A stretch of 64,000 nucleotides of DNA. Origin: Octopus sinensis (Eukaryota). Below the pieces are notes generated by a model. The model did no database searches and was not told the origin of the DNA. It saw nothing but the letters and a program-made list of their open reading frames with translations. Shown one piece after another: positions 35,411 to 48,950 of the stretch. A program made the position numbers and the translations under genes. The stretch lies in NCBI RefSeq assembly GCF_006345805.1, contig NC_043001.1:32116001-32180000 (forward strand), written 5' to 3'. Each line of letters opens with the position of its first letter. Position 1 is the first letter of the stretch.

Positions 35411-35761
35411 TAAATGTATTTTGTTTTTATCGTTAGAGGCACGAAACTGAGTGTTAGTGGTCGATAACTGATTCCCCTTTCCAAAATAAACTTCTTATAT
35501 TGAACTTTACCATTTCCTTCTATTTAACTCTCTCATATTGTCTCTGATGATGGGATATCTTTTATATCCATGAAACAGCTGTAAGACAATCCTTCTCTTT
35601 ATAAAATGTCCTATAAATTTCACAGTGCATTGGCTGTGTTGTCTTATTTTATTTAACCTATTGTATTTATGCATATGTATATATCTTCACACATATATAT
35701 GTATAAATATCTCATATATAAATATAAATATTGCATATTTGACTATCTATCTATCTATCTA

Positions 35762-35833
<72 letters not shown>

Positions 35834-36030
35834 CATACGAAAATATGTATATATTTATAATAATATGTTTGCATATATAAAACACGAAGTAGTTGGTCAC
35901 TTTGAATGCAAATAAAATTTAAAGTTTCAGTCAATTAAACTATTTACATTACCAGAGTGTAGACATATGAATTACTGATTCAGGCAATGCGTGCTATTTT
36001 TACGCACTGAAATGCACTCACGCTCACACA

Positions 36031-36190
36031 CCTACGCATGAAGAGCGTAGGTTCGAAACGTAAAAGACTTGTTTTATTTATATTCCTGAGCGCCATACTA
36101 ATACAATTGTTTGTTTGTATTCCACCTGCCTTCGTCTTTCGTCTATTTTCATAAAGCTTCCCGTTATATATACTTATACATACATAAGTA
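36031..36190 (+). mobile_element. CUGUAGA-family PLE-like element, 5'-truncated with short fold-back
   Basis: CCTACGC-ATGAAGA-GCGTAGG hairpin, then TTCGAAACGTAAAAGAC and tail matching 48850-48950. Confidence 0.65.
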
Positions 36191-36252
36191 TGTAAATACA
36201 CACGGGTATATGTATATGTCACCCCATCATCTCTCTTCCTCCCTCTCTCTCC

Positions 36253-36310
<58 letters not shown>

Positions 36311-36483
36311 TCGTATATATATAAACATATATAAATATATATACATTGTAAATCTTTACTCGAGTCCAATGATAGTACTGAGTCACCCGATCATATCAGG
36401 AAATTATCCTTTAAGATTCATAATTACTACATATGGTAATACATACAAACATATATATATATATATATATATATACACAATAT

Positions 36484-36525
<42 letters not shown>

Positions 36526-36700
36526 TATATATAATATATATATATAATATTATATATATATATAATAATAAATATTAGGGAATAAATCCAAATTTACAGG
36601 GAAAAAATCAGATTTAGGATTAAATCCAATTTTATAGTAAAATATTATATAATATTATTAGAGACAAAACCACTATTTTGCAAAACGAACAAGGAAATAA

Positions 36701-36751
<51 letters not shown>

Positions 36752-36838
36752 GATCTCTGGGCGCAATTTAAAACCAAGAAGCAAATTGTTCACCGTGTAA
36801 AAGTGATCAGGGTGAATACATACGCACACCACACACAC

Positions 36839-36897
<59 letters not shown>

Positions 36898-37088
36898 CAC
36901 TATGTTCTCTATATTCATATTTCTTATTCATTCTTCATTGCTCAATCTTTGTCTTCTAGCATCATTCTTTGTATCTCTCGGACCCACTCCATATATTTTA
37001 ACTGTCATTCATATTCCTCCCCACCTTCTTTCCCCTCCATATGACCACACACACGAACACAACACACACGCACGCACACACACACGCA

Positions 37089-37130
<42 letters not shown>

Positions 37131-37426
37131 CTATTTGTCATCATTCGTCATTTCTTTCCTTCAAATATTTTCTTTGTCCTTTTGTCTTTTTGTATTTATA
37201 CGCTCCGTTATTGCTTTCGTCTGTTTATGCTTATATGTATTTAATTATGTAAGGTATATGTATGTATGCATGTATGTATATATGTGTATATGTTGGAGTA
37301 TACGTTACATATACTTGCAGATGTTTGTATTTGTGAGTTGTGTGTACACATGCATCCGCACATATATACACTTATACACGTAGATACATACCTACATACA
37401 TACACGCAAACTCATAGATGCACTCA

Positions 37427-37460
<34 letters not shown>

Positions 37461-37464
<4 letters not shown>

Positions 37465-38011
37465 CTATATATATATTCAATTAATCTTCATTTGGTCTGT
37501 AGCTTTTTTGAATCTTTTCTACCTTGTGAATATTGGTCATTACATTTTCCAACACAATAAACTCTAAACTTTAAACTGTCTTCATTCATAAAAATTAAGG
37601 ACTTGAATAACTACCCTTGATGATAGAACAAAGGGATCTTAGTCACTATGCATCACGTACCCATACATACATACATACGCAGACACACACACACATACAC
37701 ACACATACATATATATACATATCTACCTACATAGACACCCAAACACACAGACACAGAGATCTATACATACACACACACATATACACAGACACACACACGC
37801 ATACACATACATCTATCTATATATATATTCAATTAATCTTAATTTGGTCTGTAACTGTTTTTAATCTTTTCTACCTTGTGAGTGTTGGTCATTACGTTTT
37901 CCAATACAATAAACTCTAAACTTTAAACTGTCTTCATTCATAAAAATTAAGGACTTGAATAACTACCCTGGATGACAGAACAAAAGGATTTTAGTCTCTC
38001 TGCATCACGTA
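37461..38011 (+). repeat. Local tandem duplication of a ~200-bp unique segment (37461-37660, 37809-38011)
   Basis: Long identical core CAATAAACTCTAAACTTTAAACTGTCTTCATTCATAAAAATTAAGGACTTGAATAACTACCC with scattered flanking substitutions. Confidence 0.9.
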
Positions 38012-38371
38012 TGGAAATTTTAGTTGTTCTATTTGAACATAAACAAATAACTGACCTCCGACGTGGGATCGTATTTCTCCGTGGCGCTTAACACGAGAAT
38101 AGCAGAAACACAAGTGTGAAAGAAGTTTAATTACTGATTAAAATGCATTTTATGAGAGTAAAAAAAAAAGATCTAGGACCTAAAATAACTATATTCTTCA
38201 TAATTTCTTTCACTCTGGCAAGTGGCTTAGCTAGAACATGGCAATCGTTGGTGCTTGCGTTATTGGTATGTTCAAGACACTTCGTTGATTTTTACTTCAG
38301 TCGCGGCGCCCTCTGTATTCTATTGTTCTCGAACGTTTCAGTTTCCAATTTACGTTTTTGACATGACTTTA

Positions 38372-38722
38372 CTCTTACTCTTAACTCTTACTCGTTTCAG
38401 TCATTTGACTGTGGCCATGCTGGAGCACCGCCTTTAGTCGAGCAAATCGACCCCAGGACTTATTCTTTGTAAGCCTAGTACCTATTCTATCGGTCTCTTT
38501 TTTGCCGAACCACTAGGTTACGAGGGCGTAAACACACCAGCATCGGTTGTCAAGCGATGTTGGAGGATCAAACACACACACACACATCTATACGACGGAC
38601 TTCTTTCAGTTTCCGTCTACCAAATCCATTCACAAGGCTTTGGTCGGCCCGAGGCTATAGTAGAAGACACTTGCCGGAACCATGTGATTGGTAAGCAAGC
38701 TACTTACCACACAGCCACTCCT
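38372..38722 (-). mobile_element. OK-type SINE with short internal deletion
   Basis: Collinear with 31201-31619. Confidence 0.9.
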
Positions 38723-40269
38723 ACAACTGTGAAGTTAAGCAGTATTTTTACTAGTAGTTTTATTGTTGCTATTGTGGTTTTTGTTGCTATGCTTGTTGTT
38801 TCTTTCTGCTGATGTTGTTCTAGTAGTAGCTGTTGCTACAGTTTCTGTTTTATTGTTGCATTTTGTGCTAATTTCTTCATCGTCATCTCGTTGGAAAACG
38901 TCCCAATCGCATTTTCTCCTCTACGTCTTTAAGTCTACCAAAATTTTGAGAATTTTATTTCTTCTAAACTCAGCCAAAATGGGTTTTCTTGTTCAACTTC
39001 TTCACGAGTGGGGTAACTGTATGTCCCTGACAGTTTCAATTTGTTTTTTTATATGAAAGTATTTCTCAGAGACGTTTGTTGCAGACATAGTGAAAACGCT
39101 GAGCTTTTCATCCTTTTTCTTTTACAATTGTCTTTGCTGATTTTCTTGTCATTCCTGTTGTGGAGTTTCATTAATATTAATAATAATGATGTTTATTTTA
39201 GTTGCTGCTGCTTTGAAAGAAAAAGACCTGGAGGAGTTAGAAATCTGATCTAAAAACTTACTGGACTTCTCTCGTAACTATGCCGCCCTTTCTTCTTTAT
39301 CTTCAATAGGGAACTTTCTAAAACTGCAGGAAACGTTTAAGTATGATTATTATCTGGATATCCAGACGAGTTCTCAGACAATTTTCATGACTGGAAAGCC
39401 AAGTAAAAGTCTACAAATTCTGTCTTATTCCATCGTCACCACAAAATTTATTGCGCATTTGAACTTGGACTGTGATAAGGTTATGGCTAATATAAGTAAA
39501 ATTTAGTTTAAATGGACTAGCTGAATGCTTTTTCACTTCTTCCAAAATTGCGAAACAAAACACTGATCCATGAGGGTGATGATGATGATGATACTGATGA
39601 CATTGACAACAGCATCAACAGCAATAATAATATAAGTACAGTAACTTTTGGATTGTAGGAGAAGGCAGTCTAGATTACATCAGTTCTAGTACTTAAGCGA
39701 TCTTTTCAGTGTATATTGGACGGAAGTTAGGGTCTAAGGATATTCTGTCCGATTATTATTCCCCCATTGACGATTAGACAAGAAAACAATATTGATTCTC
39801 CTAAAGAACAACTGAGCCCTCTCTGCACCGACTGGGGGTCAATAACTTGTTTGCCAGTGAGAAGCAATGCCGTTACCTCTGTAGATTATAAAGGGCTACT
39901 TCCTCATCAGAAGTACGTATTAACTTCTGATATCAACTACTTGCTCATCAGAAGTACGTCCGAACAGAAGTAAGTATGAACAGGGGGGCGTATGTCTGTT
40001 AAGACAAGCTACTTGTTAATTTGGTGAGTATTGAATACAGCATGAATAAAAATACAAACCTTACCGTGGTGTGTTTTTCTTATTGAAAAACATTTAATTG
40101 CATAGCACAGTGTTATGTATTAGAGGCACAACTTATAAATAAAACAGCTCTAATGCTATGGCAGTATATCAGCTATGGCATGCCAAAATGGAGAACAGTT
40201 ATTTCACTGCAAGTTACTACTTCTGAAAGCCAATATACAATAAAACGGTTTTAGGTTCATAAAAATGTC

Positions 40270-41300
40270 ATTATCCAGAAACCTCTTCTCCTCTCTACGC
40301 TTATGCCAAACAAATTTGGTGAATGGAATGACCAATGGTTATAAACACCGTGAACAAATTATAAACCACCTCGTCTATATGGATGATTTAAAACTGCTTT
40401 CAGCAGACAACGCCCAGCTTGATAATCTACTAAAACTTCCCATGAATTCAGTCGGATATCAAAATAAGCACAGGACTATTGAAATATATCAAACTTACTC
40501 CCAGAAGGAGCAAACTAATATATTATAAACTGTGAACATTAAATTAGATCTAGACACTGACACCAGAGAATTAGAACAGCACAACCATGACAAATACTTA
40601 AGAGTATATGAATTTGGTAAGATATAACGTATAGAAATGAAGGATAACAGTAGAAAAGATTAGAAAAAAGAGTTAGTCAAATATCTGAAACAAAGCTCAA
40701 CATTTTATTTATAACATTGAGCGATAGGTGTAAATACATTTTTATTGTCATACTCAATCTACAGCTTCAATGAATGAAATGGAACTGTAGTAAAATAAAA
40801 TGTAGAAAACGCCTCGTTGAGCTCTGAAATCACCATATAAGAGCCAATATAGATACGATATATTAACCTCTACACAAATAACAGATATCGACAAATAGTG
40901 TATCTATTACAAGATATCAAATACGGGCCAAGAAAATTTCTTAGACCTAAGTAAAGGTAACTAGATTTCGATAATGACTGAATATGAAGAATATGAAGAA
41001 AAACATTTCTCTACATTTAAACAGACTATAAAGCACGAACTGGATGTCAAAATGTGTAAAACAATAGAAAAGCTAACAAGAGAAAAATACTAAAGTAAAA
41101 GAGAAAATCATTCCCTGAATGTATTACAGAACGAAAGTGAGAGAAAAGCTACTCTATAGACAATATCTTGCAAGATTTGCTTCAGACAAAGTGAAAGCGG
41201 AAGCCAACAATGACCCAATGTCTGGGCTGTATTATACGAGTTCTACACAGTTGCTACACAATAATATAACACAACCCATAACAGGATAGATTCTACGTGA
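40270..41300 (+). mobile_element. Old degraded RLE-type LINE (RT YMDD and downstream)
   Basis: GYKHREQIINHLVYMDDLKLLS parallels GYRCYGKTISHLLYMDDLNLYA of 54994-55953; downstream frames broken. Confidence 0.7.
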
Positions 41301-41676
41301 TCACTTCCCAACTCTAAAACATCGACACAGCTGAAGCAACTAATACTCTAGTACTCTAGCAATCACTGTGTACCCCTTGTTCATACAACATATGTGAAAC
41401 ACAGTCATTAACTGTCACTAACTCACCACAAAGCTCACGCGAAGCACACTCACAGTATAGCAAAAATAACACCAACGCATATTGCACATTCTCATTTACA
41501 ACAAATAGACGAAGCATCAGAAACAACAAAACCCTTAAGATGAAAGCAATGTAAATGCAAAATACAAATCTCATCCCAAACCTGCAAAAGACAATGCTGT
41601 ATACAGTATAGGAACACTCAGGTGTATTCCATGACGCTGGAGAATCTCGCTCAACATTGTTGTAAACGTAATAATA

Positions 41677-41725
<49 letters not shown>

Positions 41726-44700
41726 TATTATTATTATTATAATGATGACGATGAAAGAAAGAAAATACAAGAGAAACTAAAACGTAAGAACAAAAATATG
41801 AAGGAAAACAAAAGAACTGCAACAAAAGACGTGCTTGAAATAAGAAGATAAAAATGCTAGATGCTTCTGGAATTTGGCGAATCTCATTCTAAAACCTCAT
41901 TCCTTTCAAGTGTATTTATATTGAGTTATATTATAGACAATGAGTTGATCTGAAGCGGTTGCCATAGAGAAATATCTAAAGGCACGTCATTTAGTATCTG
42001 GAGGTGCAATTCGACTTGTCACGTCTTTCCTAGCATCACATATGGACATTTGGCTGTTTGTGTTTAATTGAAATAACGTCTGCGGTTTCACTTTCTGTTA
42101 TTATTCAATAATGTGAATAATATTTAAATGTTCATGTCTCTTCTCAAGAGCGTAAATAGCGTCTATGAATAGCATCCGTAGGTGAATTTTGACTAGCATA
42201 TGGAAGTGAATGTTGGCTGGCATCTTGAGGGGAATTTTGAATCGTTAAGATTTTTGTCTATGTTTTTATAGCACCATATACATAAAAGAAAAAAATACAT
42301 ATATTTAATTTGATCTTGTTGTTTAACCCTAAGCTGGAGCTAATCAAACAGGCCTATGATCAAAGGTGTTATCACAGTGGCCACTCCATCTTTTATGATT
42401 TGTATATCCATGATTCTACTATCAAATATTTTCTTACTGCTGTTATAGGTGGGAATTATACTTGAGAGCATTTGCAAGTAAAAGACAATTAAATTTCCTT
42501 TGACTTGTAATTAAAATAGAAATTCAAAATAATTACCTTTAATAAACTCATAAGTTTCTCTTTCTAAATTATAACAAGCATCTTAGGGCCCCTTTAGTTT
42601 TTTTTTTTCGTACAAAGATCTTTGTTCGTCATTGATACGACTTAGTGAAGAACTTAATAATTTATTTCCTCAAAGTGTATGTCAGCCATTTTAACCTCTC
42701 ACAGCAAATCTTGTTTCGAGCTATACCTGGAGAACTTCTCCTGCTTAGGGCCACAAACTATCGAAACGTTATTCAAATATATAATCCCTAGCCAGCAATA
42801 TGCAAATATATAAATTCTGTGCCTATTACTCGTGGCAATTTTCATATGTAGCTGTTAGAATAGAATACAACGAAATGGTAGAATTAGTGACATCATTAGA
42901 TTACTTGAGAAATTAAAGTTAAAATATTAATGAATCAGAAATATAGAATTTTTGATTTTGTAAGCCTTTAACAGACGGGTGAATCGATACAGTTAATATT
43001 AAACTTTTTCGTATATTGTTTGTCATATGCCTTTTAATTTCAAAATCTATTACGGACTGCTTTGCCTTTCGGTATATGGGCTTCTATAAAATGCGTACGA
43101 TATGTGCACTGTACCTATGTAAGAAATGACTATCCACACTGAAATGTACACAGAAACAGAATAGTCACGTGAGTAAGGTGTTATAAAACATTGCGAGTGG
43201 CTTGCTCTTGGATCGGGAGTTCAAATGAGACACAAATGCATTGTGTAATCTAAGAAAATGTTTATTTCAATGTTGTCTTATTTTACCAAGCTAAATCTAT
43301 TTATCAGTATTTGGTCATGTATGAGAAAATAACACTAATTAGAAGGTGCCTCATTTATTTTGTCTATGGAAACAGAAGCCGAGGAAGAGTTCTCTGAATG
43401 CTTGTGATATCAGAAAAAATAAAATATTGCAATAGAATCATTGACAATGCAAACTTAATAAAATATTTGGAGACTATGCAATCATCTGAACAAAAGAATT
43501 GACCACAACAGTTGTGACTGCCTAGATAAATGTTCTTTAGCCTCAGGTCAACACTTATCAGACATATCTATAATGTCTGGTATTTTGCCGCGTATATCTC
43601 CACTCAACTGTGATCAAATCGATCCGGGATCAAAGACATTCCGGCCTTGCCCACCCTGTGTTTTTGTGTACTGATGACATTAAATAATGTGTTCATCGTG
43701 CTCAAAGATGATAGAGTGTAATTAATAGAGTTTCGAGTCTTAGTTTTACAATTTCAAAGGGCCATGCACTGGCTTCTATACTGGCTTGTGTAATATATCT
43801 CTCATTGGCTGTGGAGACTACAGAAACATTAGATTTCCAAATAAAGTGTAAAAACAATATGATATTTTCTCACTCATTTCTTGAAGCTGAAAGACTGATG
43901 CCGACCAATTTACCCATAATGCATCCAGACCTGATAAAATAAACATTAGTAAAATAATGGAGCTTTCTAGATGAACTAATTCCCTATGCATTAACAATCT
44001 GTCTTATATCACAAAAAATGTTTGGCAATGGTAAAAGTGCCAAATAAACTGTAACTACATTCTGTGCATAATTATTTTTACTGTTTATGCATATTGAAGA
44101 TTTCACCTGGCATGCTAATGCATGAATATGTAACAAAAATGAATATTGAGTAACAATTATATATAAAGAGGTGAAGAGAAGTATTGGGTTGATGCATTTG
44201 AAATAATCTCTAAGATAAATACTACGTATGTGTTTGTATAACTATTTTTAATGCTTAAATTACAATACAAAAAAGAATTATCATTCTTAACAATAGTAGG
44301 CATAATTTTTTATATTTGAATATTCAGTAATATAACTGTTGATATATATATATAAATATGTATGTATATATATGTGTGTATATATGTATATAAATATATG
44401 TATTTATGTATGTATACATGTGTGTGTGTCTGTGTATATGTACGTGTGTTTACGTAGATCTATCTATCTCTCTATCTCTCTATATATACACAGATATGCG
44501 TATATATATGTATCTATGTATATATATATATATATATATAAATACAAAGCCACCTAAACACACACGCACACACATAAACATAACGAAATAAAATTGAATA
44601 GCATTTTAGCTTTTCTAAACACAAATTAAAGTTTACTACCTAAGGTCTATTTCATTAATGATAGAAATAAGGCAGAGATGTAACATTGAAATGTTGAAAT

Positions 44701-44803
44701 GAAGTGAAGATGTAAATTATAAAATCATTAAGAAAATTTAAATAATTTAAATATAAATAACCGCCATATTTAACGGCAAAACTGTTTTAGCATTATATAT
44801 ATA

Positions 44804-44870
<67 letters not shown>

Positions 44871-44909
44871 CTCATGCGTAGTCATGTCTTTTTATATAGG
44901 TATATACAA

Positions 44910-44945
<36 letters not shown>

Positions 44946-45454
44946 GTACTCATGTCTTTTTATATATGAATATATATATATATATATATATACATACACA
45001 TATGTATGTATGTATGTATGTATGTGAGTGTGCGTGCGCGAGTGTGTGTGTGCGTGTGTATTTATTTATGTTATAAATATATCGTCGACAGATGTTTTGT
45101 CGTGTCCGCGTGATTTCAATTTCCTGCTGACTGTGCAGTTCATCTACGTCGATGGCTGAAAAAAACAATTCTCGCGTGAAATAGACAGGAACAAAAATTG
45201 CTACGCAAACTTGACTGAAAGCATGATTGTTTTGCTGCCGCTTTCTTTTTTTTTTCCGCATATTCTTCAACCATTGTTTTCGACTTAAAAAGACTCAGTT
45301 CCGTTGGTGATAGATTGACACCAGTTCGAGCAGCTCTAAGCTTAATTTTCCCCACAGTTTTTATCTCAAACGCGACCGATTTGAAGGTTGTCTTAGCTAA
45401 TGTTTGTGAATACTTTTTTGCCCCCATTTTCACTAAGAAATTCATAGTGAAAGT

Positions 45455-45730
45455 GCTAAGCGTCATGCTATAACGCTGAAAGATAAAGTCGCTATGATAA
45501 AACGCCGTGAAAAAGGTGAAAATAGTTGCAATTGCACGAGCTTTTGGGATGAGTCGGACAACTGTATCGATTATTATACATAATAACGACAGGAGTTTAG
45601 CACATATCGAATCTGAAGCCCCACTGATGAAGAACACTGTCATCAATAAGAAAATAGGCAAAATCTTTGAAGACATGGAAAGTCTTATTTCTGTTTGGAT
45701 TGTTAGGTTGAATAGCCAACGTTTTACAAA
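45455..45730 (+). pseudogene. Tigger/pogo-like transposase N-terminus (CENP-B-type HTH), frameshifted
   Basis: SAKRHAITLKDKVAMIKRREKGE / IVAIARAFGMSRTTVSIIIHNNDRSLAHIESEAPLMKNTVINKKIGKIFEDMESLISVWI. Confidence 0.75.
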
Positions 45731-45826
45731 TTTTTATAATTCCATTGATGGATTGCATCTGTAGTTTTCTCCTTTCTGGTTTTGAGAAGCCTAATTTCTC
45801 AAGATTGGTATTTAGGCAGTGTGTTA

Positions 45827-45864
<38 letters not shown>

Positions 45865-46164
45865 GTATGTATGTATGTATGTATGTATGTATGTATGTAT
45901 GTATGTATGTATGTATGTATGTATGTATGTATGTATGTATGTTGTATGTATGTATGTAGTATGTATGTATGTATGATGTATGTATGTATGTATGTATGTA
46001 TGTATGTATGCATGCATGCAAGCATGCATGCATGCATGCATGTACGTACGTACACGTATGTATGTGTGTATGTATGTATGTACGCAGTGTGGTTGAGAAG
46101 ACGGTTTACCACTGAAATGACAATTTTTTTATTTTACTGTTATTTCGTTTTTATAAATTACTTA

Positions 46165-46396
46165 TTTCTTTATTGCTTACAAGGGGCTAAATATAGAGGG
46201 GACAAACAAGGGTAGACAAAGGTATTAAGTCGATTACATCGATCCCAGTGCGTAACCGCTACTTATGTAATCGATCCCGAAAGGATGAAAGGCAAAGTCG
46301 ACCTCGGCGGAATTTGAACTCAGTACGTAACGTCAGACGAAATACAGCTAAGCATTTCGCCCGGCGTGCTAACGTTTCTGCCAGCTCGCCGCCTTA
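46165..46396 (-). mobile_element. OR-type tRNA-derived SINE, full length
   Basis: Minus strand GGCGGCGAGCTGGCAGAAACGTTAGC (A box)…GAGTTCAAATTCCG (B box)…GCCTTTCATCCTTTCGGG. Confidence 0.9.
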
Positions 46397-47109
46397 AAAT
46401 TTATAAATTTCTAATTGTGTCTTTGCTATTTTGTTGCGAATTTATTTTGACCTTTTGTACTGTCATGTAGGTGCCTAACTCCATTTTCCGTATCCTATAG
46501 TTGGCTGCTTTAAAAGTAATTCTCCATAAGCATGATAACGTTATTGGCAATAAACGACTGCAGTAACGGTTTTTCTGTGCTCAGTATCCAAGAATGTTCA
46601 GAATTTTTCATGTTCCACGAGATACATAAGAAAGAGTTTTGTGGAAGAAGGATGGGTTTTGGAGTAGGCGCCACTTTCTCTTTCACTGAAAACCAGTGAT
46701 TTCTTTTTATTTTATTATTTTTTTTTTATATGTTGTTCCCATTTTCATCACCCGTAACAACATAGTGCAGAAACGAAAGATTGTTTTACCAGACCAAGAA
46801 AATTCTATGCATTGAATTCTGTTCCAAAGCAAAAGATCACGAACAGACAAATATTTTCTTTGCATGTAACCATTCGTGAAGCTTTCCAATGATAGAAATC
46901 TACATTGCCGTTGAAGATCTACTTAGGTCTGGAAAGATATAAACAGTCACAGTGAAGCAGAGCTAACTTTTATAATAATTTTAAACAGAAGTCCACAGAT
47001 TTGAAAGGAAGGCTTCATCGATGTCTACTATCTCCAACAGCTCCATGAAAAATGTCCAATATCAAGATGAATGTGAATTTCCTTCCTTAGCGGTTCAGAA
47101 ATTATGCGA

Positions 47110-47943
47110 CGATGATAAATGTGAAACACTTGTGACTTGTGGACAAGTCATTAATTCAAAATCCAGTGTTACAGGATTATATTTATAGGAAGGTAGTCCT
47201 ATTCCGTAAGGAAGGCACTTTTCATGTTTTGGCATTGGCAACAAGTTTAATTGTCGAGCATGAGTTATGAGACACATGCTACTGTTTAGGTAGTCTTCAC
47301 AACGCATCGTGTTTGGTCACTACTACTTTAACAAAAAATATTACGAAGAATACTCACTAGGAGTTCCTGAAAAATAATGCTGTAGTATCAGATATGAAGC
47401 AGAAAAGAATACTCTCCACCACTATTTTACATTAAGTCGGTAGGACTCTATACTATGATATCAATGTGCAACGAATGATTAGTGCACTCTCTCTAAAAAG
47501 GTGGTAGGGAAGAGAAGGACTGATCTTTTGTCACTTGGAATCCCTGGTCTCAATTTCTCGGATCACTTGTTCTGGAACTATCTTCGTGAACAGGTGTACA
47601 GATTGCAACCACGCCTCACTCGCTGAGCAGTTGAAAAGGAGCCAACTGGCTGCTAGGAGAAACCTAATGAAAACCAACTGGCTGCTAGGAGAAACCTAAT
47701 GAGGCTTTGAAAATAAATTTTCGACGACTTGTAGTAAACGACTCTTGCATCGCACATTTAAATCGAAGAATGAAATAAAGAGTAATGAAAACTCGAACCA
47801 AAACATTCTTGAATTCAATCTGCGCAGTTGACAAAGAAGCTGATTATATATTGAGTTTGGCGGTGGATATTTTGAATACATGGTATACTAGATAAAATAT
47901 ACATGTATACATCCATACGGATATGTGTATTTAGGAGTGCATA

Positions 47944-47989
<46 letters not shown>

Positions 47990-48336
47990 AATTATTTGAG
48001 GGAATATTAATCCTAACTTACAGGGAAAAATATTCAATTAAGAAATACTAAATCAAATTTCACGCAATGTAATATATATATATATATATATATATAAATT
48101 AGAAGAAAACACCTTTTATCAATTCAAAATGAACAATTAAATTACACCATCTAGAAAATACATATAATAGAAATATCAAAATTAAAATAACAATAAAATA
48201 CCAATGATTAAGTAAATTGCAAAAAAATAATAAAAATGTACATATATGTATATATATATATATATACATATATGTACATTTTTATTATGTTTTTGCAATT
48301 TACTTAATCGTTGGTATTTTATTGTTATTTTAATTT

Positions 48337-48390
<54 letters not shown>

Positions 48391-48535
48391 TGAAGACACT
48401 GGTGACATGTAGGCAAGTCCTTGATTCAAAAGTCAGTGTTACAGGATTATTTTTTGTAGGAAGGTAATCCTATTCAGTGACGAAGGCATTTCATGTTTTG
48501 GCATTGACAACAAGTTTAATTGTCTCGAGTATGAC
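47110..48535 (+). repeat. Diverged direct duplication of ~150 bp (47110-47262 and 48385-48535)
   Basis: Shared CAGTGTTACAGGATTAT…TAGGAAGGTA.TCCTATTC…GAAGGCA…TTCATGTTTTGGCATTG.CAACAAGTTTAATTGTC. Confidence 0.8.
47990..48342. repeat. Second copy of the 4580-family, again folded back (palindrome 48172-48342)
   Basis: ATCAAAATTAAAATAACAATAAAATACCAA.GATTAAGTAAATTGCAAAAA mirrored across a (TA)n centre. Confidence 0.85.
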
Positions 48536-48761
48536 CGCAGCTTTAAAGCTGAAACAATCTAATACTCTGAAGTTCTTGAAATTCTTCTAAACGATATTTG
48601 AATCTAAATGTCATACATGAGGAATTACCTGGGCTGTTTATTGTACTTGTGTTTATTGACGTCTGATAGTTTGATATAGTTAACCAAACTCGTGAGTGCT
48701 TTATTGATATCTGCCTGGATTTTTAATCACTTTTTTCTTCTTATGCATACATACATATATA

Positions 48762-48950
48762 TATGATAGATCGTTAGCCACTACACACATTTTTTTCTCT
48801 CCTTGTTTTCTGTATCCCTTTCTGTAGAAGAGCGTAGGCTCGAAACGTAAAATACTTTTTTTTCCTGAGCGTTATACTAATACATCTGTTTGTTTTGTAC
48901 ACCACTTGTCTTCGTCTTTTGTTTTTTTCCCGAAAACTCTCCCTATACAT
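48762..48950 (+). mobile_element. CUGUAGA-family PLE-like element
   Basis: TTT-CTGTAGA-A-GAGC-GTAG-GCTC-GAAA-CG-TA^AAA at 48819-48852. Confidence 0.7.

Noticed and set aside
38840-39506. 85-codon ATG-less open frame on plus; Dong-like N-terminal hints (KAQR, PTREEVE..FW) on minus
   Set aside because: Neither reading is strong enough; needs translated search
45140-45676. 178-aa minus-strand ORF as a host gene
   Set aside because: Mostly antisense to the Tigger-like HTH coding region
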